Shown in pieces: positions 1 to 12,100 of a stretch of DNA of 64,000 nt. Under the pieces are notes generated by a model, which was not told the DNA's origin, searched no databases, and saw only the letters and a list, made by a program, of their open reading frames with translations. Each line of letters begins with the position of its first letter. The first letter of the stretch is position 1. A program made the translations under genes and the position numbers. This stretch comes from Macrostomum lignano (lineage: Eukaryota): positions 434,001 to 498,000 of the forward strand of contig NIVC01000201.1 of NCBI GenBank assembly GCA_002269645.1, in the 5' to 3' direction.

Positions 1-174
1 CGGCCAGGCGGGCCTCCAGCTCGCGCAGCTGCCGTTCTACGCCGGACAGCTTCGTGCGCAGGTCGAACTGCGTCGCAGGATCGTCGGCGGCGGCTTCGCA
101 CAGTCGTCGGCAGAGGTCGCGCGCCTGCGACAGGTCCGACCGGAACGACGCCAGCTCCTCGTCTGTTGGCCGGC
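1..174 (-). CDS. DST/MACF1: Exon (partial, runs off the left edge): spectrin repeat
   Basis: EELASFRSDLSQARDLCRRLCEAAADDPATQFDLRTKLSGVERQLRELEARL. Acceptor tccgcag|GC at 174; an in-frame alternative exists at 162. Confidence 0.82.
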
Positions 175-3100
175 CTGCGGATGATGGTAGATGAGAGTCA
201 CCCCCCGATCTGACATCCCGTCACCACCCGATCTGACATCCCGTCACCACCCGATCTGACATCCCGTCACCACCCGATCTGACATCCCGTCACCACCCGA
301 TCTGACATCCAGTCACCAGCCCGATCTGACATCCCGTAACCCCCCGATCTGACATCCCGTCACCACCCGATCTGACATCCCGTCACCCCCCGATCTGACA
401 TCCCGTCACCCCCCGATCTGACATCCCGTCACCAGCCCGATCTGACATCCCGTCACCAGCCCGATCTGACATCCCGTCACCACCCGATCTGACATCCCGT
501 CACCACCCGATCTGACATCCCGTCACCAGCCCGATCTGACATCCCGTCACCCCCGATCTGACATCCCGTCACCAGCCCGATCTGACATCCCGTCACCAGC
601 CCGATCTGACATCCCGTCACCCCCCGATCTGACATCCCGTCACCAGCCCGATCTGACATCCCGTCACCAGCCCGATCTGACATCCCGTCACCTCCCGATC
701 TGACATCCCGTCACCAGCCCGATCTGACATCCCGTCACCAGCCCGATCTGACATCCCGTCACTTCCCGATCTGACATCCCGTCACCTTCCCGATCTGACA
801 TCCCGTCACCTCCCGATCTGACATCCCGTCACCCCCGATCTGACATCCCGTCACCAGCCCGATCTGACATCCCGTCACCAGCCCGATCTGACATCCCGTC
901 ACCAGCCCGATCTGACATCCCGTCACCTCCCCGATCTGACATCCCGTCACCTTCCCGATCTGACATCCCGTCACCAGCCGATCTGACATCCCGTCACCAG
1001 CCCGATCTGACATCCCGTCACCTCTGACCCCGATCTGACAGCCCGTCACCTCCCCGATCTGACATCCCATCACCTCCCCGATCTGACAGCCTGTCACCGC
1101 CCAACCAACACACCAGCTTCCCCGGCCTCATCCAGTCGATCAACCGCTGCGGGCAGCGCTTCGCCCAGCCGGCCCAGCAGGGCGTAGAAGTCCAGGGTCG
1201 GCTGGCGCAGCTGCTCCAGGGCGGCCGCTCGCTCAGCCAGTCGGCGCCGCAAGTCCTCCAGCGCGGCCAGCAGGTCGGCGAGGCCGGACCGCACGCGGTT
1301 GACGGCCGCCGTCGCTGCCTCCGTCGCGGAATTTTTATCGTCATCGGCAGCCTGCGATGCCAGCAGTTCCAGCAGAGCTATCAGCGCCTCGCAGGTGGCT
1401 CGGAGTTGATCTGCTGCCGGCTGCTTCGAGTCCAGCTCGTCTAGGAGGAGGCTCACCTGCGCGCGGGGAGAGCGCAGTATTGCACAGTTTAGGAATGAAA
1501 TTCACTACAGCTTAGGATGCGTCACGGGCCCAGCCCGTCATCAACTAAGCCCGTCACCACCCCAGCCCGTCACCGCCCCAGCCCGTCACCGCCCCAGCCC
1601 GTCACCGCCCCAGCCCGTCACCGCCCCAGCCCGTCACCGCCCCAGCCCGTCACTAACCTGCTGAGCCTGGGCGCTGGCCAGAGCAGGCGTGGTCACCACG
1701 GGCCCCAGCACAGCCAGCATTCGCTCCTTCTGCGTGACCCAGTGCCGCAGGTTGTCGCACTGAGCTTCCCGGTCGGCCAGCAGCTCCACCAGCCGTCGGG
1801 CAGTCGTGAGTCGCGCCGCCACCCGGCCAATGAGTTCGGACAGTCGAGCAGCCAAACGGCTGGCCGACTCGCCGACGTGTCGAGCTCCGACCACGCCGGC
1901 CGCTGGCCGATTTCGCTGCAGCTGCTCGGCCGAGGCCGTCACGCCGGCCACCAGCGGCTCAACGTCGGCGGCCAGGCTGCGCTGAAAGTCGGCCGCCAGA
2001 CGGACACTTCGCTCCGCCTCCGGCTGGGTGTCGATGACCGAAGACGACGAACTGGAGGCGGCTTCGGCCTCCTTGGCTTCCAGAGCGGCCTGGGCGGCGG
2101 CGTAGGCGGCCCAGAAGCGCTGCAGCTGGTCGGCGGCGCTGTCGATGTCGGCGCTACGGCGGCACAGGGCGTCGCCAATTGAAGCGTAGCGGCCCTGAAG
2201 GTCGTCCAGTTCTTGAGCGATCTCGGACAGCTCTGCCAAGAGTGCGGGACCGGCTGGGTTAAAATTTACAATGTGTACTTTTAAAAAAAATAAACAGATG
2301 TACACAACAAGCGTCGTATTTTACAATCCAACACCCACAAACCACTAGTTTAAGTAGTAGGATATAGAATTAATTACGCTCGTAGATAAATAAACAAACA
2401 CAGCGTGCCAGAAATGTGGAGCATGCTGGAGCACAACAGTGAAGAAAATAAAAACACGATTTGTCTACTTATAGTAGTCCAGAGGTTGGCAAAATCCAGC
2501 CTTTCGGGTGCTTTGAAACTTCCGGCCCGCTCAATGTTTGTCTCTTCTCTCCTCTCTCCCCTCTCTCAGCTCTCCTCTCTTTCCCGCTTATCTCTCCTCT
2601 CTCCCCTCTTTCCCTCTTCTCTCTCCTCTCTCCTCTCTCCCCTCTCTCAGCTCTCCTCTCTTTCCCGCTTCTCTCTCCTCTCTCCTCTCTCCCCTCTCTC
2701 AGCTCTCCTCTCTTTCCCGCTTCTCTCTCCTCTCTCCTCTCTCCCCTCTCTCAGCTCTCCTCTCTTTCCCGCTTCTCTCTCCTCTCTCCTCCCCCTCTCT
2801 TCTCTCGCTCTCGTTTCTCCTCTTGTCTTCTTTCTTATCTCTTTTCTCTAATCTCTAATCTTCTATTTCCTCTCCTTTCCTCTCTCATCTGGCCCCTAGC
2901 CATAAGCTGGATTCTTCATCCGGCCCTTGGGATAAAAAGACCACAACGAGGAAATGAGCATGTGGTACAACATCTAGGAAACTACATGGTGCGTCATTAG
3001 CTTAAAATTTCGGTTACCATGCAACGAGGCCGTGTTGCCAACGCTGCTGCAGATCCCGCTGGACTCGGAGCTGGACACCGGGCTAAGAGGCGACCGCAGG

Positions 3101-6100
3101 AGCGGCGAATTCCTTGCCCAGCCTGCGGTCGTCCAGCGTTATTGATATTTTAAAAAAATATATAATTTACAATGCATGTCGTTCCATCAAGGAAGCCAAA
3201 ATACTACAAGAGCGAAGCTGATCGAATATTTCTATGAAAATATGACAACTACTGTATACCAGTGCGTCGGTGCGTGAGTTTCTGTCAGCTAGTCTTAATA
3301 ATAACTAATGCAAATTTCTATCTGCAGCTAATAGTTTGAGTAATATATCATGCAAAACTGACTCGGCGATTAAAATTTAAATCCATCATTTTTAGAGGGG
3401 GGTGGGGGTGCGTAGCCAGTGGTGTACCAGCGGCCCAGGCTCGATTCCAAGTGCAGTAACATTGATTTGGAGCTAAATTGGAATCTCGGCTTGGGCCAAC
3501 CCCCCCCCCCAAGGCACAGTGAAGTGAAGCTTTTAAAACACTCGATCAGCTGTCAACACATTTTTTGTTTATGGGAAAACCCAACAGTAGCCTCGAACCT
3601 ACAGTTTCAAGATCAGTACATGCAATAAGCCAGAGGTATTTTGTTGCTTGTGATTTTTTTCAGGCTAAAAACCTGGCCTCATAAATCTGAGCGATTCTAT
3701 ATGCCTTTATCATTAAGTCACGTGACTGACTGATTAAGACGAGAAAAGCTAAATGGGCCGTAAATAACACGAAGCAATACTTTCTGTCAGTAGTGTGTTG
3801 TGACTGTTGTGAACATTTTGTTGCAGGACTATGCTAGTTTTGCCCAGGTTGTCCAGATAGTTGCTAGCCTTATTCATTAAACCTCCTTGGTAGACGGCTT
3901 ATTAGCTATTTATTATTATTACTGACTGTCAACAGATCGGACACTCACGCGGCCGTTTCGGACTCATCGGGCTGGCGGAGCCAGCAGCTGCGGCAGCTCC
4001 GGCGCCGCTGCCGTTCAGAGCGACGTCGAAAGCCAGTCCAGCCACCATCAGGCGGTCCATGGCCGGCTGGAACTCCTCGAACTGTCCGGTGAAGTCGTCG
4101 GCTGTTCGACGCTGCGCCGTCAATTCGTCGGCGTCGAGCGCCACAGGCGGCAGGCCGCGCAGGCGGGCCTCGGCCCGGCCCAGCCAGTCGAGCGCCTCCC
4201 GCCTGGCCCGGTCGAACTCGTCAGCCCGCGATCGGCGCAGCTGGAGCTCCTCGGCGCGGGCCTCCATGCGCGAATTGAAATCTGTCCACAGCTGCTCCAC
4301 CTAAATTAGCGAAATCAAAATTAAACAGCATGAGTAACTATGCCTTGGTTTAAAAAGTTAAATGATTCGGCATCTAATTAGTTGCTCAATCCAATGGGGA
4401 ATCAACGAACCTCCTGCCAGGCGTCTCGCACGAACTCTCCGGCAGCTCCGGCCGATTCGGCGGTTGCCGCTCCCTCGGGCTGCTCCGCGGCCTCGCCGGC
4501 GGCGCTTGTCGCCATCCTCAATAGTTCCCTGGCCAGGGTCCGCACGGTGGCCAGGCCGCCCTCGGCCAGCTCCGCCCGCTGCCTGTCTAGTGAGGCCAGC
4601 CGTTCCGACCAGGCGGCGTCTGTCGCGGCGGCGGCCGCCGCGGTCGGCAACGGGGCGGCAAGCGCCGGCACCTGCTGGGCCAGCCAGGCTCGGGTCGGCC
4701 GGGCCGCCGACAGAAACTCCGACAGGCGGTCGCGCGCCGAATCGACGGCGTCTCGACGCTCCGCCAGCCGCCGGGCAACCTCGTCGAATTGACGACGGCA
4801 GGCGTCAGCGCGCTCGCGCAGCTGCCCGGTGGCTGACGCCGAGGCTGGCGACGCGGCCGCCTCCGCCTCTGCCAGGCCGTCCTCGGCCTCCTGCAGCGAG
4901 GCCTGGCGGCACTGCAGCTCCGCCTCCAGCACTTTCACCTGCTGGGCCTGCGGCATTCGGACAACGACGATTTGAGAGATAAAGTACACACGCGCTCCGA
5001 AAGGGGCTTTGGGCATGCTCTTGAGCATTCAGAAGTCAAAAAGTCAAAAAAGGTCATAGAAGGTCAGAAAAGGTCATGAAAGGTTATAGAAGGTCACAGA
5101 AGGTCATGAGAGGTCATAGAAGGTTCTAAAAGGTCATAAAAGGTCATGAAAGCCGCCCCTCTCACCTGCTCATCCAGCAGCTCGGGCCGCAGTCCCACCG
5201 GCCGCATGGCGTCCAGCTGACGGAGCGCCAGCGCCAGCCACTGCTGCAGTCCGGCGATGGCCTCCTGCAGGCCGGAGCAGTGCAGCAGCTGCCGCTGAAG
5301 GCTGGCGCCCAGGTCTGCGCACTCCTGCTTCAGCCGGTCGTGTCGGTTCAGAATGGCGTTCACTTGGTCCTCCGGTTCTGTCGCTGAGGCGGGCTGGCCG
5401 ACCTGCGGGTTCATTCATCAGGGGAGAGGCCATTATGCCTTTCCTTGCCATTCATCCGCAAAAAAGCTTTTTGGGTGCCATTCTCTGAGCCATTAGTCAG
5501 TTCACTTGAGTTTGTCACTCCCGCCATGTCATTTCACTCGAGTTTGTCACTCCCGCCATGTTATTTCACTCGAGTTTGTCACTCTTGCCATGTCATTTCA
5601 CTCGAGTTTGTCACTCCCGCCATGTCATTTCACTCGAGTTTGTCACTCCCGCCATGTCATTTCACTCGAGTTTGTCACTCCCGCCATGTCATTTCACTCG
5701 AGTTTGTCACTCTTGCCATGTCATTTCACTCGAGTTTGTCACTCTTGCCAAGTCAGTTCACTCGAGTTTGTCACTCTTGCCAAGTCAGTTCACTCGAGTT
5801 TGTCACTCCTGCCAAGTCAGTTCACTCGAGTTTGTCACTCTTGCCAAGTCAGTTCGCTCGAGTTTGTCACTCTTGCCAAGTCAGTTCACTCGAGTTTGTC
5901 ACTCCCGCCATGTCATTTCACTCGAGTTTGTCACTCCCGCCATGTCATTTCACTCGAGTTTGTCACTCTTGCCAAGTCAGTTCACTCGAATTTGTCACTC
6001 TTGCCAAGTCAGTTCACTCGAGTTTGTCACTCTTGCCAAGTCAGTTCACTCGAGTTTGTCACTCTTGCCAAGTCAGTTCACTCGAGTTTGTCACTCCCGC

Positions 6101-9100
6101 CATGTCATTTCACTCGAGTTTGTCACTCTTGCCAAGTCAGTTCACTCGAGTTTGTCACTCCTGCCAAGTCAGTTCACTCGAGTTTGTCACTCCCGCCATA
6201 GCAAGCCATCATGGCATTGAGCGCCACAATACCCGATCCCCCTCAACCAGCTCCAAGCCAACCTCATACATTTGAATTCAGAACCCGAAAAGCTCCGCAA
6301 ACCTCATCGGCATTCTCGGCCAGCGCGTCGGCCAGAGCATCCAGAGCCTGTCGCAGCCGTTCAATCAGGCTGTCCAGCGAGAACAAATCCGCGCTGAAGC
6401 CGCGCACTCTCTGCGCCAGCGCGGCCAGCTCCGGCTCGCTGACCGGCCGCTGCTCGGCCAGCCTGGCCAGCTGAGACTCCAGCGCGCCGAGCTGCGAGTC
6501 GGCCTGCCGGCGCAAACCAACGAACTCGCGGGCGAGCTCGGCCGCGGCCTGGCGAGCTCTGAGCAGCTCCCGGCACCGCTCGGACAGCTCCGACTGTCGC
6601 TCCTGGACGGCGCGTACAGCCAGCCGAACCGACGCCTCGGATTCGTGAGCGGTGCCGACAAATTTCGGCTCCTCCTCGCCGGACGACTCCTGAGAGGTGG
6701 CGGCGGCGGCGGCGGCGGCGGCGGACGCGAAGGCCTCCTGAGCGGACTCGAGCCCGCGGGCGCAGTTCACCAGGCGTTGGCCGGCCGCGGCTAGGGCTTT
6801 CATGTCCGGCTGGCGGGCCAGCAGCTCCGCTTCGCAAGCCTTCAAACCGTCGACAATGTCGGTGACGCTGGTCAACTTGGCGGCGTCGGCGTCGGAGTCG
6901 TCAGCGTCGGCGTCGGGATTGGCCGGGCGCCAGGCGGCCTCGGCCAGCTCGGAGAGACGCAGGCCGACCGCCTCCTGCCAGGACTGCGCAGTCTGCAGCC
7001 GGTCGGTCTGCGGATTCGAGGCAAGCCGTGAGACGGTTGGTTGATTTTGGTTACCGAAGTGCCTCATCCGCCCAGACTTTGGCCCCCAATTGGCCCTCAT
7101 AAATCCCACAAGCCCTGGGTACCTCCAAACTCTGGGGCCAAAGTGCCTGGGTTCGATTCCGCAAGCAAATTATTATTTATTAAAAGGCCAGACAGTGGGG
7201 AAGTTAGAGGCCGCTGTACACCCTGTATGAGCATTTGACTGCGTACGAACCTGATTCTCCAGCGCGTCATGCAGAGCCGTGAGCAGTCTCAGTCTGGCGT
7301 CTGACTCGCGTCTGAGCTGCTCCATCAGGGCTCGGCTGACGGTAGCGGCAGCTGTCAGTCTGTCGCGTTGATCTTCGCTAACAGCGTCGGAATATTTGTG
7401 CAGCAGGCTCTCGGTCTGGTAGCACAGCGTCAGCAACGGCTGCTGGCGAGACAGCAACTCGTTATTGATGTCCTGCAGAGATTAACGACTGCGCAAGTCT
7501 GACTCAGGCCTAAACTGGAAGCTGAGCTGGCTACCCGATGTAGTGTACCTCAGTGCATGCAGGCTGCCCAGTGCGGTACCTCAGTGCATGCAGGCTGCCC
7601 AATGCGGTACCTCAGTGCATGCAGGCTGCCCAATGCGGTACCTCAGTGCATGTAGGCTGCCCAATGCGGTACCTCAGTGCATGCAGGCTGCCCAGTGTGC
7701 TACCTCAGTGCATGTAGGCTGCCCAGTGCGATACCTCAGTGCATGCAGGCTGCCCAATAAGGTACCTCAGTGCATGTAGACTGCCCAGTGCGGTACCTCA
7801 GTGCATGTAAGGCTGCCCATCAAGGTACCTCAGTGCATGTAGACTGCCCAGTACGGTACCTCAGTGCATGTAGGCTGCCCAGTGCGGTACCTCAGTGCAT
7901 GCAGGCTACCCAATGCGATACCTCAGTGCATGTAGGCTGCCCAGTGCGGTACCTCAGTGCATGCAGGCTGCCCAGTGCGGTACCTCAGTGCATGTAGGCT
8001 GCCCAGTGCGGTACCTCAGTGCATGTAGGCTGCCCAATGCGGTACCTCAGTGCATGTAGGCTGCCCAGTGCGGTACCTCAGTGCATGTAGGCTGCCCAGT
8101 GCGATACCTCAGTGCATGCAGGCTGCCCAATAAGGTACCTCAGTGCATGTAGACTGCCCAGTGCGGTACCTCAGTGCATGTAAGGCTGCCCATCAAGGTA
8201 CCTCAGTGCATGTAGACTGCCCAGTGCGGTACCTCAGTGCATGTAGGCTGCCCAGTGCGGTACCTCAGTGCATGCAGGCTGCCCAGTGCGGTACCTCAGT
8301 GCATGTAGGCTGCCCAGTGCGGTACCTCAGTGCATGTAGGCTGCCCAGTGCGGTACCTCAGTGCATGTAGGCTGCCCAGTGCGGTACCTCAATAGGCTAA
8401 CCAATGCGATACCTCAATAGGCTACCCAATGCGATACCTCAAAAGGCTACCCAATGCGATACCTCAATAGGCTACGAGTACCTAATCCAGTACTTTAGTA
8501 CTCCAGTACTTCCAGTACATGTACATCAACACACCATTCTAGCCAGTAAGCATGTACGCTTAGGCTCTACATTCGCACATTCAATAAACAACTCCAAACG
8601 CACCTGGTGCTCCTCGAGCATCTGGGCCACCGGCGGCTCCTCCAGGGTGGCCGATGGGAAGGCCAACAGGCGAGCCTGCAGGCTGCGCAGCTTCGCCAAC
8701 TCGCGCTCCAAATCAGTCAACAAGTCGTCGGCGTACTTCTTGGCGTCAACCTAATTGACAGGAATTCAGATTGACAGGTGTGACAGGGTATAGAAGCGGT
8801 GATGGAGAGTGGTGATGGCGCAACAGCGGGAGTGCCGCAATTCGCAGCCGCAACAGAAAAGCAGCGGCAAGAATGATCCGATACAATGGATACTCGTAGC
8901 AGTTCAGATCGAAATCAACAAACTAATCATCACTAAACTACTAAGCTAAACTACGGAATCAAAGGCACACGCTCGTACGGCTATCTGGCTTTAAAGAGGT
9001 ACGCTCGTAGCAGCCTAATCAAGATAATAAAAAAGAAAATAGGAGAAGAGTAAACACATCTCAGTACGGATCAGACAACACAAGCACAGATACTTACCCG

Positions 9101-12100
9101 TCAGAGAGGAATTATTAATACATTTGAAAACAACACAGAAATAGCTGAAAAGCCGGAAATGCCAATGAGAAAGCCAGAGTGGAAGTCGAGTTTGGCCAAT
9201 CGAACTCAGCAAGCGCGGGCAGCAATAGAGGGTTCGCTAAATAATTAAAGCACCATGCCAAACCACAAAAAGCACAACAAATTCACGAAAGCTAAAAGCT
9301 ACAAAAGCCATAAGAAAAGCGACAGCACTTAGTAATTACGACACCAAAGAATCTTACCGAACTCTCCAGTGACACGTATTGCAGAATATCAGAATACGAG
9401 CACTCAACGATTTGACCAAATCCGGACACCAACCCGAGCTCAGAGTGTTACCAGAGAAGGATGAAGTCAGGGAGCGGGAGTCCAAAGGTGAACGTAGAAA
9501 ACTTTGAGAAGTATTGCCTACATTGCTTGGATCAAAAGAGCTCGAACCTCCGATCGCCTCAGCTGAAGATATACTTAGGGAGGAGGGGCGTCTTACAACT
9601 GCACCAGATTGCAGGCCTAGTGGACTGGATTCCAATCGCAACTCCTCAGCCTCCTTAAAAGCTTCCTGTAAATTCTTATCACACTGCTCAGCCGTTCCGT
9701 TGCTTTCCTGGTCTGCGCGCAGCTTGAGCTCTTTGGCTTCGGGCTTCAGCTGCTCTTTTTGCTCCTCTGACAGACGTGATTCGGCGGCCGGTTCCTGTTT
9801 TGCAGTTAATCTCTCAGTCTTTGTGTTCTCTGGTACTGGTTGATTTGGTTCCTGCAATTGTACAGCCAATACGCGGGTTTCAGATTCGACAACCACTGTC
9901 GTTTCCGAACCCTGAGGGCCTGCGCTGAGTTTCTCTTTACTCTCAGTGGCGGTATCGGTTGTGACCTTCGACGGCACGGATGTCGTATCAGCATCCTCAC
10001 TAAGCCTATGCTCTGCATTGTCAATTTTAGGCTGTTCCCGATCGACTAATTCCGTTGGCTTTGAGGATTCAAAGCCTAATGCCTCAGAAGGCTGAGCAGC
10101 CTCTTCTAGCTTTGGCGCTGCAGCGATTTTCTGGTCGCGCGCAGCTCAAGCTCTTTGGTTTCGCTCTTCAGCTGCTCTTGTCGCTCTTCTGACGGACGCG
10201 ACTCGGCGGCCTCCACCTCTGTAAGAGACACCTCGTCCTTGACCTCAGCCTGCCCAGCAGCCCCTTCTGGCTTCGATACTGCACCGCTTTCCTGGTCTGC
10301 GCGCAGCTCGAGCTCTTTGGCTTCGGGCTTCAGCTGCTCTTGTTGCTCTTCTGACGGATGCGACCCGGCGGCCTCCGCCTCTGTTGGAGCCACATCATCC
10401 TTGACCTCAGCCTGCTTAGCAGCCTCTTCTGGCTTCAGTACTGCACCGCTTTCCTGGTCTGCGCGCAGCTCGAGCTCTTTGGCTTCGGGCTTCAGCTGCT
10501 CTTGTCGCTCTTCTGACGGACGCGACTCGGCGGCTTGCGCGTCTGTTGGAGCCACCTCATCCTTGACCTCAGCCTGCTTAGCAGCCCCTTCTGGCTTCGA
10601 TACTGCACCGCTTTCCTGGTCTGCGCGCAGCTCGAGCTCTTTGGCTTCGGGCTTCAGCTGCTCTTGTCGCTCTTCTGACAGACGCGACTCGGCGGCTTGC
10701 GCGTCTGTTGGAGCCACCTCATCCTTGACCTCAGTCTTTTCGGCAGCCTCTTCAGGCTTCAGAGCTTCTCGACTCACCCGATCTGCACGCAGCTCGAGCT
10801 CTTTGTCTTCAGGCTTCAGCTGCTCTTGTCGCTCTTCTGACGGACGCGACTCGGCGGCTTGCGCGTCTGTTGGAGCCACCTCATCCTTGACCTCAGTCTT
10901 TTCGGCAGCCTCTTCAGCCTTCAGAGCTTCTCGACTCTCCCGATCTGCACGCAGCTCGAGCTCTTTGGCTTCGGGCTTCAGCTGCTCTTGTTGCTTTTCC
11001 GACGGACGCGACTCGGCGGCTTGCGCGTCTGTTGGAGCCACCTCGTCCCTGACCTCAGCCTGCTTAACAGCCTCTTCAGGCTTTGGTGCTTCTCGGCTCT
11101 CCTGATCTGCTTGCAGCTCGAGCTCTTTGGCTTCGGGCTTCAGCTGCTCTTGTCGCTCTTCTGACGGATGCGACCCGGCGGCCTCCGCCTCTGTTGGAGC
11201 CACATCATCCTTGACCTCAGCCTGCTTAGCAGCCTCTTCTGGCTTCAGTACTGCACCGCTTTCCTGGTCTGCGCGCAGCTCGAGCTCTTTGGCTTCGGGC
11301 TTCAGCTGCTCTTGTCGCTCTTCTGACGGACGCGACTCGGCGGCTTGCGCGTCTGTTGGAGCCACCTCATCCTTGACCTCAGCCTGCTTAGCAGCCCCTT
11401 CTGGCTTCGATACTGCACCGCTTTCCTGGTCTGCGCGCAGCTCGAGCTCTTTGGCTTCGGGCTTCAGCTGCTCTTGTCGCTCTTCTGACAGACGCGACTC
11501 GGCGGCTTGCGCGTCTGTTGGAGCCACCTCATCCTTGACCTCAGTCTTTTCGGCAGCCTCTTCAGCCTTCAGAGCTTCTCGACTCTCCCGATCTGCACGC
11601 AGCTCGAGCTCTTTGGCTTCGGGCTTCAGCTGCTCTTGTTGCTTTTCCGACGGACGCGACTCGGCGGCTTGCGCGTCTGTTGGAGCCACCTCGTCCCTGA
11701 CCTCAGCCTGCTTAACAGCCTCTTCAGGCTTTGGTGCTTCTCGGCTCTCCTGATCTGCTTGCAGCTCGAGCTCTTTGGCTTCGGGCTTCAGCTGCTCTTG
11801 TCGCTCTTCTGACGGATGCGACCCGGCGGCCTCCGCCTCTGTTGGAGCCACATCATCCTTGACCTCAGCCTGCTTAGCAGCCTCTTCTGGCTTCAGTACT
11901 GCACCGCTTTCCTGGTCTGCGCGCAGCTCGAGCTCTTTGGCTTCGGGCTTCAGTTGCTCTTGTCGCTCTTCTGACGGGCGCGACTCGGCGGCCTCCGCCT
12001 CTGTTGGAGCCACATCATCCTTGACCTCAGCCTGCTTAGCAGCCTCTTCTGGCTTCGGTACTGCACCGCTTTCCTGGTCTGCGCGCAGCTCGAGCTCTTT

